Part shown: in pieces, positions 9,768 through 18,938 of the stretch
Layout of the letters: the number at the start of each line of letters is the position of its first letter
How positions within the stretch are numbered: the first letter of the stretch is position 1
Assembly: GCA_051531935.1 (NCBI GenBank)
Contig: JAOPTR010000022.1
Location: 1,963-65,962 of the forward strand
Reading direction: 5' to 3'
Length of the DNA: 64,000 nt
Source: Hyphomicrobiales bacterium
GTDB lineage: Bacteria; Pseudomonadota; Alphaproteobacteria; Rhizobiales; OSC116
Translations under genes and position numbers: made by a program
The notes under the pieces: generated by a model
What the model saw: only the letters and a program-made list of their open reading frames with translations
What the model was told of the DNA's origin: nothing
Databases searched by the model: none

Positions 9768-9782
9768 GGTGTGTGAACCTTC

Positions 9783-9971
9783 TTAACTTAGATCGCGGGC
9801 TTCTTCTATGAGCATGATGGGGATGCCGTCGCGGATGGGGTAGGCTAGTTTGGCTTTTTCGCTGATCAGCTCTTGAGCTTTTGCATCATAGACCAGCTCC
9901 TCTTTAGTGAGGGGGCAGACTAGGATTTCTAGTAATTTTGGATTGATGGATGTTGAATTGCTGTTGGGCAT
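9783..9971 (-). CDS. Trm112-family small protein
   Basis: [17 protein letters not shown]...[18 protein letters not shown] is the characteristic Trm112/YcaR pattern. Size is 62 aa. Confidence 0.85.
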   Translation of the reverse strand: MPNSNSTSINPKLLEILVCPLTKEELVYDAKAQELISEKAKLAYPIRDGIPIMLIEEARDLS

Positions 9972-9985
9972 AGGGCTGGTCTTTA

Positions 9986-10669
9986 TTATTGAATGAGGTC
10001 GTAATTATCGGACAGGTCAGTTAACGTCATTTTTGCTAGGGTGATGAGTAGTTCGGCGCGATCGGCAGCGGTTGGCGCTTCGAGCAGGGCTTGTTTTTCG
10101 GCAATTTGGAAGGGGCTGGTCATGCTGATGGCATTGACGAGCATTTCATTGGGGGTATTTGAAAGATCTGTCCAGTCGATGTCTAGATCCATCTGCAGGA
10201 GCATATTTTTAATCGAATCAATTAGCTCTTTGCGGTTGATGAGTTTTTGACGTTCGGCACTTGGTTTGCTGAAATCATCACCAAAATCATTATAATCTAT
10301 TTCGGCCATGCGGAAATTTTCGTCTTCGCCATCATCTGGTTTGGTGACAGTTAGCTCTTTTACCAATTTAAAACGGCATAAGCCTAGCAAAGTGATGTGA
10401 TACTGGCCTTTTGAGGCTTCTTGGAACGAAGTGATGCGACCAATACAACCAACTTGGTGTAGTTTTTCATCGCTGGTTTCTTGGATTGGTTGAATCATGG
10501 CGATTAAACGATCGCCTGCCAAGGCGGCATCGACCAATTTAATGTATTTTTTTTCAAAAATATTGAGTGGTAATTGCGTTTGCGGCAAAAGCATAGCTTC
10601 TGGCAGAGGGAATAATTTAACCTCGCTTGGCAATTGGGCAATAGATTTTTGTTTTTTGAACATTTTCAT
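9986..10669 (-). CDS. LON-peptidase substrate-binding (Lon N-terminal) domain protein
   Basis: [27 protein letters not shown] matches the Lon N-domain opening (LFPL...PL.IFEPRY). About 225 aa with no ATPase or protease domain. Start uncertain (ATG at 10669 or 10663; the ORF extends to 10696). Confidence 0.8.
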   Translation of the reverse strand: MKMFKKQKSIAQLPSEVKLFPLPEAMLLPQTQLPLNIFEKKYIKLVDAALAGDRLIAMIQPIQETSDEKLHQVGCIGRITSFQEASKGQYHITLLGLCRFKLVKELTVTKPDDGEDENFRMAEIDYNDFGDDFSKPSAERQKLINRKELIDSIKNMLLQMDLDIDWTDLSNTPNEMLVNAISMTSPFQIAEKQALLEAPTAADRAELLITLAKMTLTDLSDNYDLIQ

Positions 10670-10808
10670 ACAATTACAATAGGCGGTTTGGAGCAATTTG
10701 GAAAGTTATAAACAAATAACTGAAATGTGTGAATAAACTCTGGAAAAACTACAATATGGCTATTGCTTTATTTTTCAATTAAACTATAAACCAGATCACG
10801 AATGAAGC

Positions 10809-10883
10809 GCGGGCGTAGCTCAGGGGTAGAGCATAACCTTGCCAAGGTTAGGGTCGAGAGTTCGAATCTCTTCGCCCGCTCCA
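10809..10883 (+). tRNA. tRNA-Gly (anticodon GCC), CCA encoded
   Basis: Cloverleaf read by eye: acceptor gcgggcg/cgcccgc, D arm gctc-aggggta-gagc, anticodon stem taacc/ggtta with loop ttGCCaa, T arm gagag-ttcgaat-ctctt, discriminator t, then cca. Confidence 0.95.
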
Positions 10884-10895
10884 TTCGATAGAAAT

Positions 10896-10920
10896 AAGCA
10901 GCTTAACGGCTGCTTTTTTT
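10896..10920 (+). terminator. Rho-independent terminator after tRNA-Gly
   Basis: aagcagc-ttaacg-gctgctt followed by a T run. Confidence 0.75.
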
Positions 10921-10982
10921 ATGCCCAATTGAAAGTTGGGTGAAATATCTGACTTGATAGCTTTGGGTGGCTAAAATTTTCC

Positions 10983-11011
10983 AAAAAAAAGAGGCAGCTA
11001 AAAGTCACCTC
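10983..11011 (-). terminator. Probable terminator of the substrate-binding-protein gene
   Basis: On the minus strand, gaggtg...tgcctc (6 bp including two G-U pairs) is followed by T8. The stem is weak. Confidence 0.4.
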
Positions 11012-11038
11012 TCTCCTAATAATATAAAGACTGATTGA

Positions 11039-12139
11039 TTAGTCTTGTACATATTCGCCTTTTGTCCATGTGTACCATGTATAGTCAGCAGATGTACGAT
11101 CGCCTTTTTCATCAAATGCTAGGTTACCGATAACTGATGAATAGTCTGTACCGTCATGAAGAGCAGCAGAAACTTTATCAGCATCTGTTGAACCAGCTTT
11201 TTCAACTGCAGCAGCCCAGATTTGGATCGCAGCATATGAATAAAGTGTGTAGCCTTCAGGATCGAAGCCAGCAGTGTTAAACTTAGACACGATGTCTGAA
11301 GCAGCTGGGTTTTTACGAGGATCTGGAGCAAATGTAAAACGTAGACCTTCGCCAGCATCGCCAGTGATTGACCAGAATTCAGCAGTCGCTAGAGCATCAC
11401 CAGAGATGATGTCGATATCTAGACCTTGGTCTTGCATTTGACGTGCAATAAGACCTAGCTCAGTATGGTAACCACCATAGTAAAGAGCGTCGATGCCTTC
11501 AGCTTTAAGTTTTGTTACGAACGCTGTGTAATCGCTTTCGCCTGGGTTTACAGTTTCATATAGAGCCACTGAACCGCCAGCTTTTTCAAAAGCAGCTTTT
11601 GTTAGATCAGCAAGACCTTTTGAATAGCCTTGTTTGTCATGTGCGATGGCAACTTTTTTACCAGCATAGTTAGCTTGCAAATATGCACCACCAACATCAC
11701 CTTGTTGATCGTCACGGCCACATACGCGGAAAACATAATCAGATTTATCATCTGTTAGTTTAGGGTTTGTAGACGCAGGCGTAATCATAATGATGCCTTC
11801 TTCGTCATAAATTTTAGACGCAGGAATTGATGAGCTTGAGCAGAAATGACCTGCTACAAATACAACTTCGTCATTTACGAATTTGTTAGCAACACTAACA
11901 GCTTCTTTAGGGTCGCAACGGTCATCACCAAGGCTAAGAACTAGTTGTTCGCCCAATACACCGCCAGCAGCGTTAATATCGGCAACAGCTTGCTCAGCAC
12001 CTTTTGAAAGTTGCTCACCAAATGAGGCATATTGACCAGAAAATGGACCAGCTGAAGCAATTCTGATGTCAGCCATGGCTGTTGTTGTCATAAGCGCAAG
12101 CGCAGAAACAGCAGCTAAAGTTTTTGTTAAATTTTTCAT
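11039..12139 (-). CDS. Branched-chain amino-acid ABC transporter substrate-binding protein (LivK/LivJ-like)
   Basis: Signal peptide MKNLTKTLAAVSALALMTTTAMA. ASAGPFSGQYASFGEQ, DDRCDPKEAVSVANKF and VAGHFCSSSS are typical of the Leu/Ile/Val-binding family. Located downstream of livHMGF. Confidence 0.9.
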   Translation of the reverse strand: MKNLTKTLAAVSALALMTTTAMADIRIASAGPFSGQYASFGEQLSKGAEQAVADINAAGGVLGEQLVLSLGDDRCDPKEAVSVANKFVNDEVVFVAGHFCSSSSIPASKIYDEEGIIMITPASTNPKLTDDKSDYVFRVCGRDDQQGDVGGAYLQANYAGKKVAIAHDKQGYSKGLADLTKAAFEKAGGSVALYETVNPGESDYTAFVTKLKAEGIDALYYGGYHTELGLIARQMQDQGLDIDIISGDALATAEFWSITGDAGEGLRFTFAPDPRKNPAASDIVSKFNTAGFDPEGYTLYSYAAIQIWAAAVEKAGSTDADKVSAALHDGTDYSSVIGNLAFDEKGDRTSADYTWYTWTKGEYVQD

Positions 12140-12362
12140 TTTATATTCCCTTAATTTTCTAATGTGGATTGCTCCAGTTAGACTTCCCTTTTGGGTTTGA
12201 TACTGGTGTTAAGACCAGCACTCTCTACCAATTGGCTGTGGCTTGAGATAGAGCAAGGTTAAGCCAATTGAATTGATTTTCAACCTTTATCTTGTGTGAC
12301 AAAGATTGTGGTTAATGCCGTAAATATTCAGAATAAAATGCGGCAAAATTTTGTTTTAGCGA

Positions 12363-12728
12363 CTATTCTTCGATTTTAGACCAACTAAATAGGCCTTTTT
12401 TCTTTAATTCCCACGGATATTGATTAACCATTTTATTGGCCTTATCACGCAGATAAGTGAATATGGAGACGCTGAACATAAGTGCGGTGGACATAATGAC
12501 ACCAGCAATGTTTAAAAACTCGGCATTGCGCAAAGTGGTGAGCAAGAAGCGATGGCCGACCACAACAATGATGGCAAAGAAAATAACTTTGCTCATTTTG
12601 CGCCAGTTTTTTGCCATGTTTTGGCCGCTTAAGTAAGCACATAACATCATAAGGCCAGTGATGACCACAAATGTAACTGGTTCTTCGCCCATAATGGCGC
12701 TGGTTTCGAAGCTGAAAATTCTGTCCAT
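12363..12728 (-). CDS. Small hypothetical membrane protein, last gene of the livHMGF string
   Basis: 121 aa with about three hydrophobic segments (VTFVVITGLMMLCAYL, VIFFAIIVVVGHRFLL, IAGVIMSTALMFSVSIF). Its ATG overlaps the livF stop (TAATG at 12726-12730), implying translational coupling. Confidence 0.6.
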   Translation of the reverse strand: MDRIFSFETSAIMGEEPVTFVVITGLMMLCAYLSGQNMAKNWRKMSKVIFFAIIVVVGHRFLLTTLRNAEFLNIAGVIMSTALMFSVSIFTYLRDKANKMVNQYPWELKKKGLFSWSKIEE

Positions 12729-13438
12729 TAGTGACCACCTTCCAAGTAAGCTGCTTTAACCTCGGGGTTTTCGAGTAATTCTTGACCTGTACCACTGAGA
12801 ATAATGTTGCCAGTGACCAAAACATAACCGCGATGGGCTAGCTTTAGGGCATGGTTGGCATTTTGCTCGACCAGTAAAACAGTCATACCTTGTTCTTCGT
12901 TAATTTGCTTAATGGCGCGGAAAATATCTTTGATGACCAAAGGCGCTAAACCGAGTGACGGTTCATCGAGCAATAGGAAATCTGGATTGCTCATAAGAGC
13001 CCGACCCATGGCTAGCATTTGCTGCTCTCCACCTGATAAAGTACCGCCATTTTGCCATTCGCGCTCTTTAAGGCGTGGGAAAAGCTCATAGACATATTTG
13101 AGATTATCATCAAATTTAGCGGGGTCATTGGTCATGGCGCCCATTTGAAGGTTTTCGAATACTGTCATTTTGCTGAAGATACGACGACCTTCAGGTGAAT
13201 GGGCGATGCCTTTGCGTACGATCATATCGGTACGCATTTTTGTGATGTCCTCACCTTGATAGGTGATGGTGCCGACAGAAGCGGGTGTGATGCCACTTAG
13301 TGTCATAAGCAAAGTGGTTTTGCCTGCGCCATTGGCACCGATGAGGGTTACAATTTCACCCTTTTCGACGGTGAGGCTGATGCCTTTTAGAGCTTGGATT
13401 GAACCATAAAATGTTTGTACGTCTTTAAATTCTAACAT
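12728..13438 (-). CDS. livF: Branched-chain amino-acid ABC transporter ATP-binding protein LivF
   Basis: Walker A GANGAGKTTLL, signature LSGGEQQMLA, Walker B LLLDEPS. The ending AAYLEGGH is typical of LivF. Confidence 0.9.
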   Translation of the reverse strand: MLEFKDVQTFYGSIQALKGISLTVEKGEIVTLIGANGAGKTTLLMTLSGITPASVGTITYQGEDITKMRTDMIVRKGIAHSPEGRRIFSKMTVFENLQMGAMTNDPAKFDDNLKYVYELFPRLKEREWQNGGTLSGGEQQMLAMGRALMSNPDFLLLDEPSLGLAPLVIKDIFRAIKQINEEQGMTVLLVEQNANHALKLAHRGYVLVTGNIILSGTGQELLENPEVKAAYLEGGH

Positions 13439-14253
13439 TATTCATCTTCCTCCACACCAAGATAGGCGGCGATCACATTCGGATCTTTTTGCACATCCTC
13501 TGGCAGGCCATCGGCAATTTTACGACCATAATCTAATACGATGACATGATCTGAAATTTTCATCACCACATTCATATCATGCTCAATAAGCAATATACCG
13601 ACATTGCACTCGTTTTTAAGCAGCAATAATAACTCGTTTAAATCGCCACTTTCTTTAGGGTTTAAGCCCGCAGCGGGTTCATCCAAACAAAGTAAATCTG
13701 GCTCGGTACACATGGCACGGGCAATTTCTAATTTACGTTGCTCGCCATAAGGCAAGTTGCCTGCATTCCAATCGGCATGTTCATAAAGACCGGCTTTGTC
13801 GAGATAGTATTTTGACAATTCTATCGCTTCATTATGAGCTTTGCGATAGCTTGGCAAACCCAACACACCAGCAATTGAAAACATACTGGCTTTTTGAAGT
13901 TTATTATTTTGTGCCACCAAGAGGTTTTCCAACACTGTCATTTTTGAGAAAAGACGAATGTTTTGGAATGTACGTGCCACTTTGGCTTTACTGGCAGCGA
14001 CATAAGCTTCCATTTGTTCGAGCTGATGATAGCTGCCATCTTTATGATAGATAGTGGCGCGACCAGATGTCGGTGAGTAAAAGCCGGTAAGGCAGTTAAA
14101 CATTGTGGTTTTACCTGCACCATTTGGACCAATGATGGCGGTAATCTCGCCACGTTTAGCCTCGAATGATACATTGTCAATGGCAAGTAAGCCACCAAAA
14201 CGTTGGGTGATATGCTCGGCTTTGAGCAGTAGATTTGGGTCTTGATTAATCAT
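13438..14253 (-). CDS. livG: Branched-chain amino-acid ABC transporter ATP-binding protein LivG
   Basis: Walker A GPNGAGKTTMFN, LPYGEQRKLEIARA, LLCLDEPAAGLNP, and C-terminal VIAAYLG. Confidence 0.9.
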   Translation of the reverse strand: MINQDPNLLLKAEHITQRFGGLLAIDNVSFEAKRGEITAIIGPNGAGKTTMFNCLTGFYSPTSGRATIYHKDGSYHQLEQMEAYVAASKAKVARTFQNIRLFSKMTVLENLLVAQNNKLQKASMFSIAGVLGLPSYRKAHNEAIELSKYYLDKAGLYEHADWNAGNLPYGEQRKLEIARAMCTEPDLLCLDEPAAGLNPKESGDLNELLLLLKNECNVGILLIEHDMNVVMKISDHVIVLDYGRKIADGLPEDVQKDPNVIAAYLGVEEDE

Positions 14254-15805
14254 GCGCGACCTCCTCTACTTGAGATTTTTTGGCTTTTTTGCCAAACAGC
14301 AATACTGTTGGATCGCGGAAGGAGATTAAGCCTGTTGGTCGCCAGATCATGATAAGTACCAAGCCTGCGCCAAATGCCGCCATACGATATTCATCTAACT
14401 CGCGGAACACCTCGGGTAGGCCAATGAGTAATATGGCTGCCAAAGCGATGCCCATAAGGTTGCCCATGCCGCCCATAACCACAATGGCCAGAATGATCGC
14501 ACTTTCGATGAAAGTATAGCTTTCTGGTGAGATGAAGCCTTGACGTGATGCAAAGAATGCGCCCGCAAAACCACCCCAAGTGGCCGAAATGGCAAAGGCT
14601 GCTAGTTTAATATTGGTACGGTTGATGCCTAATGATTCGGCAGCAATTTCGTTTTCTCTAAGCGCTTCCCACGCTCGCCCAAGCGGTTGTTTACTGATGC
14701 GGATGGTGAATACGGCAACAAGCAGACAAAGCACAAATACGATGTAATAGAGAAATATAATACGATGGCCCGAGCTATAATCAATCGCCCAGAAATTATC
14801 ACTAAAGAATTGAGTGAAGGTTTGCGTGCCTTCTTCTTTTGCGCGTTTGGCGAAAACAACATTACCAAAGCCAGGACGTGGAATGCCGTTAATGCCATCT
14901 GGCCCACCAGTAAGCTCGTAAAGGTTGAGCAGTAGAATGCGGATAATTTCGCCAAAGCCTAATGTTACAATGGCGAAATAGTCACCACGTAATTTAAGCA
15001 CGGGAAAGCCGAGTATGAGGCCAGAAAGCATAGCTAAAAAGCCTGCAAGTGGTAAGGCTGTCCAGAAACCAATGTTAAATTCGCGCGCGAGGATGGCGAA
15101 TGAATATGAACCCACGGCATAGAAAGCCACAAAGCCCAAATCGAGCAGGCCAGCATAGCCAACTACAATGTTTAAGCCCCATGCGAGCAATACATAAGTG
15201 AGAATGAGCGTGCTAACATCGACCACATAACGTGATGACATGCCAGCTACAAATGAGCTATCGCCACCTAAAAATGAAGGCAGAAGACCGCTGAGAATTT
15301 CGGATAAGAAAGGCAAAAGCGCAGCGATGAGAATGACCACAATGGAAATATAACCCGTGCTGTTTTTGAGCAATTCTTCGCGGCGTTTTTTGCCATCTTC
15401 AATATCGGCCTCGGTGATACCTTTGGCTTCTCGCCACATACCAAACATGGCACGAATGATGAGAATGGCGCCTGCGCCTAGCATAAAGACTTTGAGCACT
15501 TCGGTAGGGAAGTGCATGAACCAACCCGCGGCCGCCATGATGATGCCGACAATGAGTGCGAATGTTGGTTTTTGTTTGTCGAGTAAAATAAGCCCAAAAC
15601 GGCCAACAACTAACAAAACCAAAGCAAAAAGCATTTCTTGCCAATGACGCTCGATAACCAATGAACCGTTTACATCGGCGGTGCGCAATAGAATCATTGG
15701 AATCATGATACCTACGCCGACAGCAAAGGTGATGACAAGTTCACGCGCTATTTTGGCAATGTCGAACTCGGGTTTTGGAGGTAGATTTGAAACAGTGTCT
15801 GACAT
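14246..15805 (-). CDS. livM: Branched-chain amino-acid ABC transporter permease LivM (with an N-terminal multi-TM extension)
   Basis: Core GYAGLLDLGFVAFYAVGSY and GDYFAIVTLGFGEIIR are typical LivM motifs. About 180 extra N-terminal residues with additional hydrophobic helices. Confidence 0.9.
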   Translation of the reverse strand: MSDTVSNLPPKPEFDIAKIARELVITFAVGVGIMIPMILLRTADVNGSLVIERHWQEMLFALVLLVVGRFGLILLDKQKPTFALIVGIIMAAAGWFMHFPTEVLKVFMLGAGAILIIRAMFGMWREAKGITEADIEDGKKRREELLKNSTGYISIVVILIAALLPFLSEILSGLLPSFLGGDSSFVAGMSSRYVVDVSTLILTYVLLAWGLNIVVGYAGLLDLGFVAFYAVGSYSFAILAREFNIGFWTALPLAGFLAMLSGLILGFPVLKLRGDYFAIVTLGFGEIIRILLLNLYELTGGPDGINGIPRPGFGNVVFAKRAKEEGTQTFTQFFSDNFWAIDYSSGHRIIFLYYIVFVLCLLVAVFTIRISKQPLGRAWEALRENEIAAESLGINRTNIKLAAFAISATWGGFAGAFFASRQGFISPESYTFIESAIILAIVVMGGMGNLMGIALAAILLIGLPEVFRELDEYRMAAFGAGLVLIMIWRPTGLISFRDPTVLLFGKKAKKSQVEEVAHD

Positions 15806-15809
15806 TGAT

Positions 15810-16715
15810 TTATACCTTCTCGATTTCTGGACGGCCTAACAAGCCTGACGGACGGAAGATAAGTACCAATACCAAGATGACAAAGGTTGCAACATCTTTA
15901 TATTCGATGGTGAAATAGGCAGACCAGAAGGCCTCGATAAGCCCAATGAGCAAACCACCTAACATGGCGCCTGGTATAGAACCAATGCCACCTAAAACGG
16001 CTGCGGTAAAGGCCTTCATACCTGCTAAGAAGCCGATGAAGAAATGCACTACACCATAATAGAGTGTCACCATAACGCCTGCAAAAGCGGCTAACATAGC
16101 GCCCATGACAAAGGTCATTGAAATTGTATGATCGACATTAACACCCAATAGAGCGGCCATTGTTTTATCTTGCTCACAAGCGCGTTGCTGTCGACCGAGC
16201 GAGGTTTTATTAATGATGAGCGTGAAGACAGCCATTAGAGCTATGGTGGATACTATGATGATGAGCTGTAAATATGTGAGGTTAACCACAAAATCGCTGT
16301 CTTGGAAAAACTTAAAGCTACCTTTAATCATTGGCGGAATGGGGCGTACCCGCGCGCCTTGTAATAATTGCACATAGTTTTGCAAGAAAATGCTCATGCC
16401 AATGGCTGAAATAAGTGGTGCTAGACGGAATGAATTACGCAATGGGCGGTAAGCTGTGCGTTCGATTGTCCAACCGTAAATGGCCGTGAATATCATGGAT
16501 AAGGCAAGAACTAACAGGATGGCCGAAACCAATGGTAACCCTGAAAATAATGTGAATCCGATGACCGCGATGAAAGCGCCGATCATATAAATTTCGCCAT
16601 GGGCAAAATTGATCATGCCTATAATGCCGTAAACCATTGTGTAACCAATGGCAATGAGGCCGTAAACAGCCCCTAATGTTACACCATTAATAAGCTGCTG
16701 TAGAAAATAAGCCAT
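15810..16715 (-). CDS. livH: Branched-chain amino-acid ABC transporter permease LivH
   Basis: MAYFLQQLINGVTLGAVYGLIAIGYTMVYGIIGMINFAHGE is the canonical LivH N-terminus. ATG at 16715 with SD agggag upstream; the ORF-track extension to 16802 is probably untranslated. Confidence 0.9.
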   Translation of the reverse strand: MAYFLQQLINGVTLGAVYGLIAIGYTMVYGIIGMINFAHGEIYMIGAFIAVIGFTLFSGLPLVSAILLVLALSMIFTAIYGWTIERTAYRPLRNSFRLAPLISAIGMSIFLQNYVQLLQGARVRPIPPMIKGSFKFFQDSDFVVNLTYLQLIIIVSTIALMAVFTLIINKTSLGRQQRACEQDKTMAALLGVNVDHTISMTFVMGAMLAAFAGVMVTLYYGVVHFFIGFLAGMKAFTAAVLGGIGSIPGAMLGGLLIGLIEAFWSAYFTIEYKDVATFVILVLVLIFRPSGLLGRPEIEKV

Positions 16716-16979
16716 AGCTCTCCCTAAACTATTTGTAATCTTAATTGATCTAGTTAAACATTTATTAAGGCTGATGAAAAGCGATAATAAGTCTAGCAGC
16801 ATTTAAATTGGGGGAATAGAATACTTAAAGTGATAAAGACTAATTACTACTAATAATTCGGTGATTTGTTTGGAATTTTAGCCTATTTGCAGAATTTATT
16901 TAAATATTTTTTGAAGGGTTAAAGCTCTTGCGTTTTGATGTCTGGGCTTTTAAACTTTAAAAAACAGCGGGAGAGCGAC

Positions 16980-17564
16980 ATGAAATTATTGAAAATATTT
17001 GCCATGGTGGCAGTTTTGTTGACATTAACAAGCTGCGGTATAAACAACATTCCGACTTTGGAAGAAGAAGCAAAGGCACAATGGAGCCAAGTGTTGAACC
17101 AATATCAACGCCGTGCAGATTTAATACCTAACCTTGTGGCAACCGTGAAGGGTTATGCCGAACATGAGCAAGAAACGCTAACTGCAGTGATTGAAGCCCG
17201 CGCAAAAGCCACGCAAGTGACTTTGCCCAAAGACATTTTAAGCAACCCTGCTGCTTTTAGCCAATTTCAGGCCAGTCAAGATGGTTTAGGGGCTGCATTG
17301 GGTAAATTAATGGTGGTGGTTGAAAGATACCCTGACCTTAAAGCTGATAAGAATTTTCAAACTTTGCAGGCGCAACTGGAAGGCACAGAAAATCGCATTT
17401 CGGTGGCAAGACGAGATTATATTGGTGCAGTGAAGAATTTTAACACTGAAATCAAGACATTCCCTGGCCGTATTTGGCATAGCGTCATGTATTCAGGCAC
17501 TGAATATATGGAGCAATTTGAAATTGCAGAAGAAGCCAAGGCAGCGCCTAAGGTGAAATTCTAG
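16980..17564 (+). CDS. lemA: LemA family protein
   Basis: Lipobox-like LLTLTSCG. WSQVLNQYQRRADLIPNLV, YAEHEQETL, RYPDLKADKNFQ.LQ.QLEGTENRI..AR..Y match the LemA family. ATG at 16980 with SD gggaga. Confidence 0.9.
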   Translation: MKLLKIFAMVAVLLTLTSCGINNIPTLEEEAKAQWSQVLNQYQRRADLIPNLVATVKGYAEHEQETLTAVIEARAKATQVTLPKDILSNPAAFSQFQASQDGLGAALGKLMVVVERYPDLKADKNFQTLQAQLEGTENRISVARRDYIGAVKNFNTEIKTFPGRIWHSVMYSGTEYMEQFEIAEEAKAAPKVKF

Positions 17565-17578
17565 CAGGTGATAATTAT

Positions 17579-18301
17579 ATGCAGCCTTTCAAGATCTTAT
17601 GGGTGATATGTTTTGCGATGTTGGCACATACTGCCAATGCCGCGCCTGATTTTCCGACGCTCACTGGGCGGGTGGTGGATGAGGTTGGCATTATTGCGGG
17701 TGATGTGAAACTACGCATCATTGACAAATTGGCTGCATTTGAAGCGAAATCGACTGCGCAAATTGTGGTGGCGACGGTAAGCTCGCTTGAAGATTATGAG
17801 ATTAGGGATTATGGCTACCAACTTGCGCGCCATTGGGCATTGGGCCAAAAGGACGTGAACAATGGTGTGCTGTTACTAATTGCCCCTCATGAGCGCAAAG
17901 TTTCTATTGAAGTGGGTTATGGGCTTGAGGGCGCTTTAACCGATGCGCTGAGTTTCCAGATTATTCAGAATGATATTTTGCCATTGTTTAAAGCCGGCAA
18001 TATGAGCGCGGGCATTGAAGCCGGCGTGGACATGATATTGCAAGGCGTGGCGGGCGAAATTAGTGTTCAACCTGCGCTAAGCCAAGGTGAACCAGAAATT
18101 GATACAATTCAGATTATATTTTTAATATTCTTTTTTGGCGTTGTTATATTCATCATCATTCAGGGCATTCGAAACCCTGGCAGTGTGACTTTTGGTTCAG
18201 GCGGCGGGCGCAGTAGTGGTTCATCTTGGGGTGGATCGTCTGGTGGGTTTTCGGGCGGCGGTGGTAGTTTTGGCGGTGGGGGTGCATCTGGTGGTTGGTG
18301 A
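17579..18301 (+). CDS. TPM-domain (YgcG-like) protein with a C-terminal TM segment and Gly-rich tail
   Basis: Signal peptide, then RVVDEVGII..., QIVVATVSSLEDYEIRDYGY, NNGVLLLIAPHERKVSIEVGYGLEG (TPM/TLP18.3-type fold family). TM segment IQIIFLIFFFGVVIFIII. Tail GGGRSSGSSWGGSSGGFSGGGGSFGGGGASGGW. Confidence 0.85.
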   Translation: MQPFKILWVICFAMLAHTANAAPDFPTLTGRVVDEVGIIAGDVKLRIIDKLAAFEAKSTAQIVVATVSSLEDYEIRDYGYQLARHWALGQKDVNNGVLLLIAPHERKVSIEVGYGLEGALTDALSFQIIQNDILPLFKAGNMSAGIEAGVDMILQGVAGEISVQPALSQGEPEIDTIQIIFLIFFFGVVIFIIIQGIRNPGSVTFGSGGGRSSGSSWGGSSGGFSGGGGSFGGGGASGGW

Positions 18302-18938
18302 TATTGATTTTGACAGGATAAAGGCCAAAATTGCGGCAGCGGAAATAAACACGACGGGTGAAATTGTTTGTGTTTTGGCGAAACAGAGCGACAAATACAA
18401 GTATATTCCTATATTGTGGGCGGCGATATTGGCCTTGGCTGTGCCTTTGTTTTTTATGTTATATGAAGGCGTATTTGTTGAATATGGATCGTATGCGGAT
18501 ACGAGATTTGGCATTTACACTATATATATAGCCCAATTATGCGTATTTTTAATTGCGTTTTTATCTGTGCAATATCAACCTCTAAAATATTGGTTGGTGC
18601 CTAATCTTGTGAAAACGCACAGAGCAAAACGGTTAGCGGCAGAGCAATTTATGATGCAAAAAGTTCATTTAACCGATGAGCATACGGGCGTTTTATTGTT
18701 TATATCGCTTGGTGAGCATTATACAGAAGTGATTGCTGACAAAGGGATATATGGCAAATTGGGCGCTGAAATATGGCAAGATATTGTAGATGAATTGGTT
18801 TTGAAAATAAAAGCCAATCAAATGACTGAAGGAATAGAACAAGCAGTTGAAAAAATTGGGGTTCTATTAGCGGAACATTTTCCTGCGTCTGGGAATAACC
18901 CAGATGAGTTGCCTAACCATCTTATACTTATAGATTAA
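18291..18938 (+). CDS. TPM-domain membrane protein (third gene of the LemA/TPM module)
   Basis: IKAKIAAAEINTTGEIVCVLA, two TM segments, then TGVLLFISLGEHYTEVIADKGI and IWQDIV...G...AVEKIG.LLAEHFP. Start uncertain: the in-frame GTG at 18291 overlaps the upstream stop by 11 nt. The ORF-track start at 18192 would translate the Gly-rich tail region in another frame. Confidence 0.7.
   Translation: MVGDIDFDRIKAKIAAAEINTTGEIVCVLAKQSDKYKYIPILWAAILALAVPLFFMLYEGVFVEYGSYADTRFGIYTIYIAQLCVFLIAFLSVQYQPLKYWLVPNLVKTHRAKRLAAEQFMMQKVHLTDEHTGVLLFISLGEHYTEVIADKGIYGKLGAEIWQDIVDELVLKIKANQMTEGIEQAVEKIGVLLAEHFPASGNNPDELPNHLILID

Noticed and set aside
9179-9782. Possible CRISPR array
   Set aside because: There are only two or three copies, the repeats are over 100 bp and imperfect, one copy is inverted, there is no regular repeat-spacer periodicity, and there are no cas genes in the window.
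10809-11038. tRNA-Gly as a possible genomic-island integration site
   Set aside because: There is no integrase, no direct repeat of the tRNA 3' end, and no compositional break nearby. The flanking genes (LON-N/trm112 and the liv operon) are ordinary core genes.
12445-12825. 126-aa ORF in an alternative frame overlapping livF and the small membrane ORF
   Set aside because: It overlaps the 3' end of livF by about 100 nt and has a Cys/His/Trp-rich implausible sequence. The competing frame (12363-12728) has TM-helix character and a coupled start.
18192-18290. N-terminal extension of the third LemA/TPM-cluster ORF given in the ORF track
   Set aside because: This extension is an alternative-frame reading of the Gly-rich tail of the upstream TPM gene (giving a V/A/G repeat translation). 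An in-frame GTG at 18291 gives a conventional short overlap instead.
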